Part shown: in pieces, positions 51,901 to 64,000 of the stretch | How the letters are laid out: each line of letters starts with the position of its first letter | Position numbering within the stretch: the first letter of the stretch is position 1 | Source: Cycas panzhihuaensis | Lineage: Eukaryota > Plantae > Cycadophyta | Direction of reading: 5' to 3' | Length of the DNA stretch: 64,000 nt | Assembly: GCA_023213395.1 (NCBI GenBank) | Contig: CM041465.1 | Span: 129,587,741-129,651,740 of the forward strand | Notes under the pieces: model-generated | What the model saw: the letters and a program-made list of their open reading frames with translations, nothing else | Databases searched by the model: none | Told to the model about the DNA's origin: nothing | Made by a program: the position numbers and the translations under genes

Positions 51901-54197
51901 CCTGCTATCTTGTAAATAGAAGTCCAACCAAAGCACTGGAAAACATCACTCTAGAGGAAGCATGGACAGATAAGAAACTTAATGTCAACTCTCTCAAAGT
52001 GTTTGGCAGTTGAGCTTATGTACATATACCAGACAAAAAATGGGTAAAAATTGATGCAAAAAGTATAGAATGCATTATGACAGGCTATAGCAAAAATTCA
52101 AAAGCTTATAAATGCATTGATCCCAAAACAAATAAAATATATGTTAATAGAGATGTAGTATTTGATGAAGAAAGTTCGAATTCACAATCACAAATCAAAT
52201 TGCTCAAAGAAGAAAAAGAGAATTCTAGTAAAGAAAGCTTCACTGAAGAAGCTTCAGACAGAAGAAATTCTGTCTAGCTCGGCCTATGAAGACTCCAGTG
52301 AAGAAGGACATACAACACATGAAGTAGAATCTCATTTGGAAGTAAGGGATAATTCAAGAAATGAAAGAAACTGCCCAAATGGTTCATTAAAACCATTGAA
52401 GAAGGAGGAAGCGTACTGGATCATAAAACAAGAGGACAAAGACCAAAAGCCCTGCTTAGTAGGATTGAGCCTTAGTCTTTCCAAGAGGTTGAGGATCAAT
52501 CACAGTGGAAAGTAGCAATGGATGCTAAAATGAATTCAATCGACAAAAATCAGACTTGGGAATTGGTGGAACTTCCTCCAGACAAACCCGTAGTCAATTG
52601 CAGGTGGGTTTATAAAGTCAAAGAAGGTGCAACTGGAAAGATTGAGAAATATAAAGCTCGACTTGTGGCCAAAGGATATACTCAAACAAATAGAATCAAT
52701 TTTGAGAAAACCTTCTCACCTGTGGCCAAGTTGAATACAATCAGAATTGTAATAGCTCTTGTAGTATTATACAACTGGAAAATTTTCAAACTCGACATGA
52801 AGAGTGCATTCTTAAACGGTGATCTTGAAGAAGATGTATACATGACACAACCTGAAGGCTATATAAGAAAAGGACAGGAACATTTAGTGTGCAAGCTAAA
52901 AAAGGCGTTGTACGGTTTGAAGCAAGCTCCCTGAGCTTGGTATGCCAAGTTGGATCAACATTTGTGTAATAATGGTTTCCAACGCTGTAACTCAGATTCC
53001 AGTCTATATACAAAGTAAAAAGGTGATCAGATCATTATAATTGCTGTGTATGTATACGACATGATATTGACAGGAAATGATGATAAGCCAATCTTAGAAA
53101 TAAAAGAATAGTTGCAAAAGAAATTTGAAATGACCGATCTTGGTCCTCTTAACTATTACTTAGGATTAGAAGTGAACCAATAGCAAGAATATATCTCCAT
53201 CTCACAAAGTAAATACATAAGGGATCTATTAGAAAAATTCAGAATGGCAGACTACAATCCATGTGCTACACCCATGGAGATCAATTGCAACTTGGCACCA
53301 GATGAGGAAGAGCAGATAGTTGATGCCACTCTGTATAGACAGTTGATCGATAGTTTGATTTATCTTACAACTACTAGACCCAGCATATCCCATTTTGTTG
53401 GAGTTCTCTCCAGGTACATGCAGGAACCTAGAATAAGACACTGGAAGGCAGCTTGGAGAATATTGAGATATCTATGAGGAACAATTGAATTGAAATTAAT
53501 CTACTAACGGAAGGAATCAGTAGAACTCATCGGGTATTGTGATTCAGATTGGGCAGGAAACAAAGATCAAAGGAACTCAACCAGTGGCTATTGTTTCTTT
53601 CTGGGATCAGCAGCAATCTCTTGGTGCAACAAAAAACAATCGACTGTGGCACTCTCCTCAACTGAAGTAGAATAGAAAGTCGCAATAATGCGACCTGTGA
53701 AGCAGTCTGGCTCAGGCGGCTCCTGGTTGACCTGAATCAACCTCAAAACAATGCAACAACAGTATACTGTGACAATCAAAGTGCAATCAAGCTAACTAAA
53801 AATCTTGTTCTCTATGCGAGAACCAAGCACATTGAAGTCCATCATCATTTTATAAGGGAAAAGGTTCATAACAAAGAAATCAAATTAGAATATTGTTCGA
53901 CTATAGAACAAATTGCAGATCTGTTGACCAAATTATTGGGAAAAGAAAAACTTCAGTTCTTAAGAGACACGATAGGTTTGAAAGAGATAAAACATTAAGA
54001 GAGGATATTAAGGGGTAATGTTTTATCATGATGTAATTAATACACATAATCATGATATGTGTCATAATATCTGAGGTTGGTTATACACCAAGATATAATT
54101 GTTACCAACCACATCATGTACTTAATGAAATCATTCTCTCAATAAAGTTGGTTGAGTTTTCTCATCAGCCTTCCTGTCTCCTAAACTCAAATCAACA
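48942..54197 (+). mobile_element. Ty1/Copia element F, full length (192-bp LTRs 48942-49133 and 54006-54197)
   Basis: LTRs differ at 6/192 positions, perfect TSD CTTCC, PBS TGGTATCAGAGC. gag-pol 49924-53990 has all domains (HTDLCGP, NGVAERKNRT, CRWVYKVK, YCDSDWAG) interrupted by point stops. Confidence 0.96.
49284..49557 (+). repeat. About 137-bp tandem duplication in the 5' UTR of Copia F
   Basis: ACTTTTCCAAAGTT...GTCAAACAGGCCAC.CACCAGTC occurs twice. Confidence 0.85.
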
Positions 54198-54500
54198 CTT
54201 CCAAACCATTCCTCCTTAGGAGTTTTAGTTCTAACTACTTTGGTTGAATTCCTATTTGTCAAATAAATTACTATGTTTATAGCATCTGCCTAAAAGGTCA
54301 TTGACAGACCTTTGCCTTTTATCATTGCCTTGGCCTTTTCTACAAGAGTCATGTTCATCCTTTTTGTGACTTCATTATGTTGGGGTGTATGTGGAGTTCT
54401 GAACTACCTCCTATTTCCATGGCTCTTGCAATATTTTTTAAATTCTCTTACTTCAGCTGACTTATGCTTTTAGCTTTATCTTTGAACTCCTTTTTTTCTT

Positions 54501-55409
54501 TATAGGTAAAATCCCCATAAAGTGGGGTTAACCCTTTGACATAAGATGCCATAGGAAAGGGGAGACTAATTTGTTAAAATTGCCTAGGGATTGCATCTGA
54601 CCTTGCCCATTGTGGAGAAAACTACACTAAGCATCACCAAGCTACTTGAGAAAGCTTGGGGCTAACGAAGATTACAAAAGGTTAGAGAGAGACAACAAGC
54701 CTACCTATGACTAATCCTCCATCCCACGAAACTAGTCATGGGCCAAAATAGAGGTAAGGCAGTCACTACCCCAAGTCCCACTAATCTGAAGTCCTTATCG
54801 CACCAAGTCCGCTATAGACATGAACACGTTCAGTGAACATCTCCAAAGCTACATCACCGCCATCGCTGAACCAACTTCGAGTGACCCAAATCAACTATGT
54901 TGCAACCACTCTATATACATGTACTAACATTGATCAACACATTAATTTGAAATGCACAACAACTTCAAGCTAATTTTAAGGCAATCCAGCTCCAAGTCCA
55001 TTGCAGAAATCGAAGATTTAATGCAGAAAGCCATGAAATTAGCAAGGTTGATAGTTTGTATTATTGACATTGAGTTCGAGATAACGCCAAACGAGAAACA
55101 TGGGTAGCTATAGGCATAAACTCCAAGCCCAGTCAATAATTCAAACACTTAATCGTCGACTTTAGGTGTATGTCAAATGCTAGCCGAAGTTAACAATCCC
55201 AATCTAAATCAAATGGCATGAATAAGAAGTTAAGTCATTAACTTGTGTTTGTACATGTAGTCAAAAGCCGGAGAAGATTGATAATGTCGACCTAGTGCCA
55301 CTAAATTCATGCAATGGTGATGCCAATCCAACACTATAACATATGCAAGCAGATCCACTTGGAGTGCCAACCACATTAATACATGCACTCCGAAAATACT
55401 AATAATGTC
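54501..55409. other. Unclassified 0.9-kb insertion in the integrase of Copia D
   Basis: Integrase coding sequence of D lies on both sides. No convincing TSD or termini. Confidence 0.45.
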
Positions 55410-55630
55410 TTTCTCTTTGAATTCTTTGAATATCTTAAAAATTTGAAATTTATCTTTGATGATGTACACGTAGATCTTCCTCGAGAGATCATCAATGAAG
55501 ACCAGAAAACACTTAGCACCCCCATGCAATGCCATGGACATTGGGCCACCTAGGTTGGTATCCATCAAGGCTAACTTCTCCTTTACTCACTAGGCTTTAC
55601 TTTTCTCAAACTTCTTCCTGTGTTGTTTAC

Positions 55631-56213
55631 TATAGCGATCTAGTTCCACTTTTATAACAATTTTCCTCAAAATATAAGTAATAATCCACAAAAGACAATA
55701 ACTAGATGCTATTCAATAGTAAAATGAATAGGGAACAAGAATTACAAAATCCACCAAAGTAAATAATCATCTTTATTGTCAAATAATACCAAAATAGAAC
55801 GAAATTACAACAAAATACCAGTCTTTCCTAAGGAAGTGAGCTCCCCTCTTCGAGGCGAGGAACCCTCCAAACTGTAGCCCCCAAATGGGCGAGCTAATTG
55901 CAGCCCTAGAATCAAAAATGCGCAACCAAAAGAACCTCTGACGATGGTTTGGGATGCGGCCCAAACTTCCTATTTATAGTGATCAAAATACTTTAATTAG
56001 AAGTCGGCCAGACTGGGTGATATTCTTCTTAATACTGCTCAAATAGAAGTCGGCCAGAACTTCTCCAAAACTGGTAGACTAACTTTAAACGATCATAACT
56101 TTTGATACAAATGTCGGAATTGACTTTCGTCTAAACCATTGGAATATTCGTTCAAAGACCTTTGATTTGAATGGTCATAATGTATAGTTTTGACCAGATT
56201 TTGGAATGCTACA
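55631..56213 (-). mobile_element. Solo LTR (583 bp)
   Basis: Termini TATAGC...GCTACA, perfect TSD TTTAC splitting CEVCIMG|KQH of D, and CTATAAATAGG on the minus strand. Confidence 0.85.
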
Positions 56214-58785
56214 TTTACCCATTATGCAAACTTCACACAAACAATTATCAATAGTTAGCTTGGGCGGACCATGCACCATGTTCAATTTAAACATCAATTT
56301 GAGAGATGAGTAGTTCAAATGCCCATTTGATTATGCCATAAATGGTCTTTTTGAGTTACATTAGCAACAAACACTTTGTGATCTTTAGATTTCACCTTCA
56401 ACTTATAAAGGCCTTTCTCTTCAAGACCAATTGCTACAACTTTTTGTTTTTATCTTTGACTATACAATGTCCACTTTCAAAATGAATGCTCATATTCTTT
56501 TTTTCAATCCAGCTCATAGAGATCAAGTTTTCCCTTAATCTAGGTACATATAGTACATTAATGATCTAGTTGTCACCATTGTTGGGACTTCAACTCCTTT
56601 AACTAGTAGTATAGAGTTGTCTCCAAGTGGGACATATACTTTTGTAGACTCATTCATGTTCCAGAACCACTCTTGCTTGCCTGTCGTGTTGAGTAGCTCT
56701 TGACTCAATGTACCAATATTCCTCAACAATATGTTGTGACTGATATGCTGCAACAAAGAGTTGTTTGCCCTTAAAGTCTTCCTTTTCCATAAAGTGTCTT
56801 GTTTGCCTCTTCTTTTGTTGATCATACTGCATTTTTTCTACAATCCTTTCTGAAGTGACCTGGCTTGCGATAGTAGTAACATACCTTTGATTTATTCTGT
56901 CCTATACAGAACATTGGGCCCTCCTTTTGTACATTTTGTTCCTCCATCTTCTTTGTAGCGAAAAACTTCTTGCCTTTATACTTTACAACACATGCCTTGG
57001 ATGATTCACCGCCTTCATTATCCTTCAATAGTTTGTTCATATTGTAACAAAAAGCCTTCAAGCTCACAGAATTTCATAGTTTGAAGCTTTCCATCCATGG
57101 TTAAGTTGGTGACAAAGCATTCATAAAATTTGGGCGAACTCTTGAGTGTGGAGGGATGTAATTCCTTATTAATGATTGTCTCACCAACATTGCATCTAAT
57201 AGCTTCAAGTTATATAATTGGTTCTTGAGTTTTAACACTCTTGCATCATTTTTATTTTCATAAAAGGATGTTATTGAGTTCCACACTTCCTTGGCTAATG
57301 TAGCATCTTGTACATTTTTAGTTAAGTTTCCTCCTATTGACAAATTAATTATTGCAAGTGCAACCTTGCTCTTAACATCATAATCAACCTATGCAATGGT
57401 GTTTGTCTCATGTCTTTAATTGTGCCATTTACAAAAGCCCACAAATCATTCTACGTCTACAAATTCTTCATTTGGTGCTTCCATGTCTCATAGTTTGTGG
57501 CACCCATTAATTTTTCTGTGAGGGAACTTAGCAAATTTGATTCAAAAAATGTTTTTTTTTTTAAAATGTATGAAAGAACACATCACGAAGGGCTTAAATT
57601 AGTACAAGCACACAAAAAACACTCATATTTATTGTTATTGTTTTGTGTTTTTTGTTATACAATAGGGCATAAGAGGTTTAAACAATAATTGCAAGCATGG
57701 GGTTACAATTAAAATCAGACCAAAAAATAACTTTAAAAAAAAACTAAAATAGACTTTAGCCCCTTTTATGGTTAAAACACTATCACGCACAATTGCGGAT
57801 ATGACTTTGGACTAAAAGTAAAAGTGGGCTTAAACTTTTATCAAAAGTAGTTTGATTTAATCAAATATTAAGAAAAATTAAAATTTTTGAAAAATTTGAA
57901 AAACCTTAGCATCCTTGTGACGTTTCGTCATTGTTGATTGATTTGTTCTACAAGAGTAGATTCACCATGATCTATCACTGGATGAGATGCTCCCAGAAAT
58001 TTGAAAACCCATTCCATGAGTTTTAAAATTGCAACTATAATTTTTATTTTCCCAAGATTGAGTTGTTCTTTGTTCTACATTGTTGCTTTTACCTTGCTTG
58101 TTGGCTGTTTACTCTCATTCTCTCTTTGCATCCTCATGAATATGCCCTAGATCTACTTCGTGGTGTGCTCTACTATAGCGAACAATGCCCCCCACCTGAC
58201 TGTCACTCGAAATGACACATAAATGAAGTCCATGTTTTAGAGCAATTCACTTTCTCTCTCATGTTGGCTTTTAAAAAAAATGCTAACTGCTACTACAAGC
58301 ATCTCTGCTTTGCTCTAGCTTGGATTCTAAAGAATTTGCCACTAAAAAAAAAGCTATATTAGGAGAACTCCTCCCAAGACCTCAAGAATTGAGAGATCTT
58401 GTACATCGTAGATCCCAAACTAGACAATTGCAAGTCCCAACTTAAAAAACCCTTGGCTCTAATACTAAATGTGAGTGAAAGAGCTAAGAGTAGAATGCAA
58501 AACAAGGAGGAGAAACACATATACATGTAATAGAACTAGTCTACTAGTCAAAGAATAATTGGTATTCAATGAATAAGAGGTACAACATACACGTATATAT
58601 AGAAGCTTACACTTACGCATGGCGGACACTTGTCAACCATGCAAGTAGTATCCATCTAACCCCCATCATTAAGTCTTGACCTTGTAAAGTTCAATGCTGT
58701 AAAATAAAGTATAATACAATAAAGTAAACATTAGTTGAACATTCAGTATTGTTTGAATTATTCTAGAAAGAAACATTAAGTTAAG

Positions 58786-59080
58786 AAAAGCATGATCACA
58801 CTATGAAATCCTGATTAAAAAGGCTGAGGGCACTCTAATTGGATCTCTACTTTGGAATTCAAGAATGTTATAACAACATTGAGCTAAAAAAGGCAAGATC
58901 ACACTGTGAAATCCTGATTAAAAAGAGTGAGGGCACTCTAATTGGATATCTACTTTCGAATTCAAGAATGCTATAACAACATCGAGCTAAAAAAAAAAGT
59001 AAGATCACATTGTGAAATCCTGATTATAAAGGCCGAGGGCACTCTAATTGGATCTCTACTTTGGAATTCAAGAATGCTAT
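58786..59080. repeat. About 103-bp tandem repeat, about 2.9 copies
   Basis: GATCACACTGTGAAATCCTGATTAAAAAGGCTGAGGGCACTCTAATTGGATCTCTACTTTGGAATTCAAGAATGCTAT occurs three times, separated by A-runs. Confidence 0.92.
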
Positions 59081-59425
59081 TATGTGAATAAGTCAAAATG
59101 TTGATTGATGACACTTGTCACCATCCTTTGAACCTAAGAAGGAGTGTTTTATTTAGACTTCTCTTCTATTTTTGATTTGTGACATGTGTCACAATCCTGT
59201 AGATAGATAGGAACTCCTATATAATGAGAGCTCCCTCTCATATAATTCATTGTAGTTTGTGAGTTGAGTGTCATGTTGCTGAAGCATTTATGATAATTTA
59301 GAGCATAGAGCAATTCTCCTCCTTATCCATCTTGTGTTATGTATTTTGTGCTTGTATTTCTCAAGCTTTATAATGAGAGTTGAATCATTTTATGTTCATA
59401 CATTTTTCTTTCATTCTCCTTAATA
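59081..59425 (+). mobile_element. LTR-like remnant
   Basis: GACACTTGTCA/GACATGTGTCA palindromes and CTATATAA box, as in other Copia LTRs here. It truncates the third tandem unit. No partner LTR. Confidence 0.4.
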
Positions 59426-60023
59426 GATTTTGTTATGTTCATTTTCTCATTTGGGTATGAGAGTGACATTGAGGAGTTGAAGAAGGCAAATGATCTCCAC
59501 CTTTGCCCTACAAAGGCGATCCAAAGAGAGATCTCTCAATTTTTTATTCAGGGCTCTAATTTCAAAAGTAATTTTTGAAAATTTTAATGTTGCAAAGCTT
59601 TTGTCTCACATGTTTCTAACAAGTCTTGAGAGCTTTATTTTTGAAGTTTTTAAAAAGCTTTGAAAGGGTTTTGCTAACCAACTTTACATTGGTTTTGAAG
59701 AATTTTTCATAAGTTTCTGAGTTGGTTCAATATTGACCAAATTGTATCTTGTGTTATTACTTTTTTCAAGGTTTTGCATATCGAAAAAATTGCAACTTTG
59801 TAATTTGCATATGCAAACACAAAAATTTACTTTGCAATTATTAATTTATTACAAGTTGTTTTGAAAAAGATAAAAGAGGAAGAGAAGAGTTATATGCAAA
59901 AAGGTTTTTTTGGTTCTCTTGTGACAATGATTTACAAGGATTTTTTTGTTTTAGTTGTAATACATATGTACCCTTCTTAGTGTGCAAGCTATAGGCTTTG
60001 TGCTTATATATATATATATATAG

Positions 60024-63000
60024 AAAGGCCTTGGGACTGTTTTCTACTGGTAGACAGATCTTGTTGAGTGGCAAATCTCTACATTGGTTGGCGACTTTGT
60101 GAAAAATCATGCACCCATTCTTGGAAATTACTTCAACATAATGTGAAATGTCGGGTCTGGTAGTAGTAAGATAGATCTGGCTTCCAACTAGTTGCTTGTA
60201 CAGAGTTGCATCAACTGGAGTTTCTTCTGTGGATGGAGTGAAATTATAGCCTATTTACATTGGAGTTGCACAACTATTGCAATCTTCCATTTTTAATTTC
60301 TTTAGCAAGTCCTTGGTATATTTGTTCTGTGACAAGGGGATTGAATCCTACTTCTGTTTTAGTTCTATACCAAGGTAATAATTTGGAAGTCCCAAGTCGG
60401 TCATTTCGAAACCTTTTTCTAGCTGAACTTTATGTCTGTGATGGACTTTGTGTCACCACCTGTGAGAAACATGCCATTTACATATACAACAATTATTATA
60501 ATCAGCCCTTTGTTTTTCTTCACATACAAAGTAGGGTCTGATTCACATCTTTGAAAACTATTTTGAATGAGATACTTGTCTAATTTGGCATACCATGCCC
60601 TTGGAGTTTGTTTTAGTGCATATAGGGCCTTTTTTAGGCTACTTCTTGTCTACTTTGAATATATCCTTCTCGTTGATGCATGCATATTTCTTCTTCAAGG
60701 TCTCCATTCAGGAAGGCACTCTTTACATCCAGCTGATAAACTTTTCAATTCTGTTGTGTAGCTAAGGCGACTACCATCCTCACAGTATTTAACTTTGCTA
60801 CTGGAGAGAAGGTTTTGTCATAATCTATCCCTGCAGTTTGAGTGTAGCCCTTGGTTACTAATCTAGCCTTGTATTTCTCTATCTTGCCATCAGTATTCTC
60901 TTTTATTTTATACATCCACTTGCAATTGACAATTGGTTTTCTTGTAAGTGGTGCAACTAATTCCCAAGTTTTGTTTTTGGAGATGGATTCCATTTCTCTA
61001 TCCATTGTTGATTTCCACTCAACATGCTGGCTTGCTTGTTCATATGACTGAGGTTTAATTGAACAGAATGGAGCTTGATGTTCTTGGGACCTAGTCCTGT
61101 GATCAAATATGTTGCCTTTAGCTTCTTCAACTGTTTTGAGATACCATTTAGGTATCTTCTTGGAGGATGTCCTACTTTCCTTGTCTTCTTTAGGGCTTGT
61201 TTCTCTAGGGAGCGAATGAGCTCTTTCTAATCATTCCTCTTCCTCTGCTTCTATATCTTTAGATGTGATTCTAGATATGTATTCAGGTGGAGGAATCTTT
61301 GTGGGAGATTTTCTTGTAGGCACTTCAGTTTCCTAATGTATTACTTGACTTGCAACAATGTATTGCTCATTAAAAATAACATCCCTGCTTATATAGACCT
61401 TGTTTGTTTTTGGGTCTATGCATCTGTAAGCCTTTGAGTTTTTATTGTAGCCTATCATTATGCATTTTATACTTTTACAATCAAGTTTTGATCTATTCTT
61501 ATTAGGGATATGAACATAAGCTTGGCAACCAAAAAGTTTTAGATTACTTACATTAGGTTTGTATCTTGTCCATGTTTCTTCTGGAGTTACCTTCTTTAAG
61601 GCTTGAGTTGGACTTTGATTTATCAGATAGACTGTTGTATTTATAGCTTTTGCCCAATAAGTTTTTGAAATTTGTCTGCCCTGGATCAGACTCCAAGCCA
61701 TTTCCATAATGGTTCTATTCATCTGCTCGGCCACACCATTGGATTGAGGTGTGTAGGGAGTCATGATTTGCCAACGTATCTCCTAAATTTTGCAGAAGAG
61801 CTGGAATTCTTTTGAAGTATACTCTCCTCCTCCATTAGACCTAATGCACTTTAGTTTGTTTCCACATTCCAATTCATCTTCAACCTTGAATTCTTTAAAT
61901 TTATCAAAAGTTTCAGGTCTAATATAGAGGAAGTATATCCAGACCTCTCTAGAAAAATCATTAATGAATGTAAGAAAGTATCTGGCGCCATTGATTGAGC
62001 TTGGGGAATGGGCCCACAGAGATAAGAATGCACTAATTCTAGTTTGCTTTGTGCATGCCATTCACTTCTTTGAAAAGGAAAACAATGTTGTTTACGGAGC
62101 AAACAACCTTTACAAACAAATGAATGAAATGTTATGATTGGAAGTCCATTAGTCATATTTGAGTTTGCCACCAATTCTAACCTATCGAAGGAGATATGCC
62201 CATACTTCAAATGCCAGAGCTTATTATTATCAATGTTTGCAACAGCAAAAGCTTTTACATCGTTTTTTGTAATGATAGGATTATAAAGCAATTTATAGAG
62301 GTCATTGCTTTCTATACCTTTAACAATTACATTTCCTCCCTTTTTCATGTCTAAAATATGGTAGAACCTATTCTCATTGAAGATAGTCCTCAACTTTTTC
62401 TTCCCGAGTTGAGAGACTGAGAGAAGATTTTTCTTCAGTCCAGGAACAAAGAGAGCATTACTAATTTTTTGCACTTTTCCTTTCATATCAACTGCTATCG
62501 TTCCAATGCTTTGAATGTCAAGTGGATATTTGTTCCCTATCTCTACTGTGAAGTTTGTATAGTTCCTCCTTTAATCCTACAACCCTAGCTTCATTGCTCT
62601 GGTTATAAAGATTGGCAACCACCTTACAGATATCTTCACAAGAGTTCAACCCTTCAACATACACCAAAAGAGGGTCTGAGATGGGCAATTTCAGAACTAT
62701 TACACTTGAACTATTTTTGTCATCCCAGTTTGGTTGATTGGGGGCATTATTTGGCCTTTTTTCTTTCCCTGTGGCTATATTCCAGTCATTTTTTTGCTCT
62801 CAGTAAGGTTTCAACCTTGATTTTTCATACAAAATAGTTCGTTTCAGTCATCTTATCTTGATCATTCAAAACATGAATGGAGGAGGCCATTTTGAAAAGC
62901 AAACTAAAGTTATTAGAGTGTTCTACAATACTGCTAGTAGGGTGGTCGTACCACTATACAGAAATTTGTACAAAACTATAGTTGTACGAATGACTAAGAA

Positions 63001-63458
63001 AACGGGTGCAAAAGAAAGATCTCAAAGTAAGGATTCCAGATATGTAAAAATTTTGAAGAGATCTATTTTCGTTTGCTCAGAATCTAACCCAAAAAAGATG
63101 AACTTCAGCTAGGGTTTATGAAGAAATTTGCTTGTATCTTGCAAAATACTTAGCCAAAAAATTCGAAACTGGATTCAAATGAAGTAGAGTGAAGAGAGAA
63201 TCAATTTATGTCTGGTATTACCTAATAAATTGGAGCAAATCGAGAAAAAATTGTAGAGAAGCCTCCCCACTCGTAACTGTTGAAAATAGGACAAAATTGC
63301 CTAAAAAATTGCTCAAATGCATTCAATCCTTTTAGAAGAAGTGACGGCCTTGGCGAGACGTAACTTTTGGTAAAATTTCACGAATATTTGGGCACTTTGA
63401 AATTTCAGTCCATACCACGTCTATACAGATCCATAAAATAGTTGTTTTTCCATACTTC
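60024..63458 (-). mobile_element. Ty1/Copia element G (related to A/C/F), truncated and internally deleted
   Basis: gag start MASSIHVLNDQDK at about 62890 is joined near 62546 to post-catalytic protease. Integrase and RT (CKWMYKIK...KYKARLV) follow. 3' end lost near a TA run at about 60010. Confidence 0.9.
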
Positions 63459-64000
63459 TGTTAAACCTTATGTTTACATGTTAAGTATGTACTTTATTCT
63501 TTTATTCTTTCATTCATTATTTTGTACTTTATGGGGTGACTAATCACTTAAGTGATAAAGTGCACACCCACTTTCTTTCTGGTGACATAACATTGTAACT
63601 AAAGGGTCAAATGGATCCTCATGCATTTTTGCTCACTTGAGAGACTAATGGACACATGTCTCTCATGCATGACATGCAAGCCATGCATTGCATGTACCTT
63701 GGATGTTTGCCACTTGGAAAACATCCAACGATGTTAGGTAATCTCAGTTACTCTATATATTGAGACCTCTCCTCATGTCTCATATGTAGAGTTGATGTGT
63801 AATGTTATGCTGCCATTTTGCTAATCAATTGGTATTCTTTGGAGTAGGACTAATTCCTCCTCCTCACATCTTGGTATTATCTTGCTTCCTTGATCTTGTT
63901 TGTCTTAGTCTTGCTCTTATGCCATTTAGAACTAGAGGTGAACTATCTTCAAGATCTTGGCTTTATAGGTCTTAGGCACTCTAATCTTTTGGCCTATTTT
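63459..64000 (+). mobile_element. LTR of the Copia B family inserted in the 5' UTR of G
   Basis: TGTTAAACCTTATGTTTACATGTTAAG...TAAGTGATAAAGTGCACACCC matches the LTRs at 26097 and 35720. Runs off the window. Confidence 0.9.

Larger units (their letters stand above)
36424..58741 (-). mobile_element. Old Ty1/Copia element D, host of Gypsy E, Copia F and a solo LTR (LTRs about 36424-36719 and 58470-58741)
   Basis: Diverged LTR pair starting TGTGAG, decayed PBS 58456-58467. Domains in order across pieces: RNase H 36720-36979, RT 47224-48941, integrase 54198-54500 and 55410-55630, protease/gag 56214-57530. TSD TTTAA/TTCAG (two transitions). Confidence 0.85.
7683..64000 (+). other. Putative giant TE-filled intron of PLD zeta (>56 kb, extends beyond window)
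   Basis: The expected next exon (FKW.L.KKASQV.YLHFALK) was not found in the ORF track or by eye. Almost everything from 9050 onward is TE-derived. Confidence 0.65.

Overview
AT-rich land-plant genomic DNA; the TE spectrum suggests a large-genome non-angiosperm such as a fern or lycophyte (inference). The only host gene seen is the first coding exon of a PX/PH-type phospholipase D zeta (7455-7682, +), in a CpG-rich promoter/UTR island. It apparently ends at a non-canonical GC donor. No downstream exon is recognisable, so the remaining >56 kb is probably one giant intron. It is filled with nested, pseudogenised TEs. An old minus-strand chromovirus Gypsy is split into four pieces by three Copia elements (A, B, D). 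B contains Copia C. D contains a full-length non-chromoviral Gypsy (E), Copia F and a solo LTR. A truncated Gypsy, a duplicated hAT fragment, TRIM-like units and Copia G complete the region. Most junctions have matching LTR pairs, PBS/PPT and 5-bp TSDs. The most unusual object is Gypsy E (36980-47223): two extra tandem capsid-like domains in frame between protease and RT, a long 3' extra ORF preceded by 25-bp repeats, a tRNA-Glu-type PBS and a 29-bp hairpin array in its LTRs. All alignments and translations were done by eye; no database searches were run.
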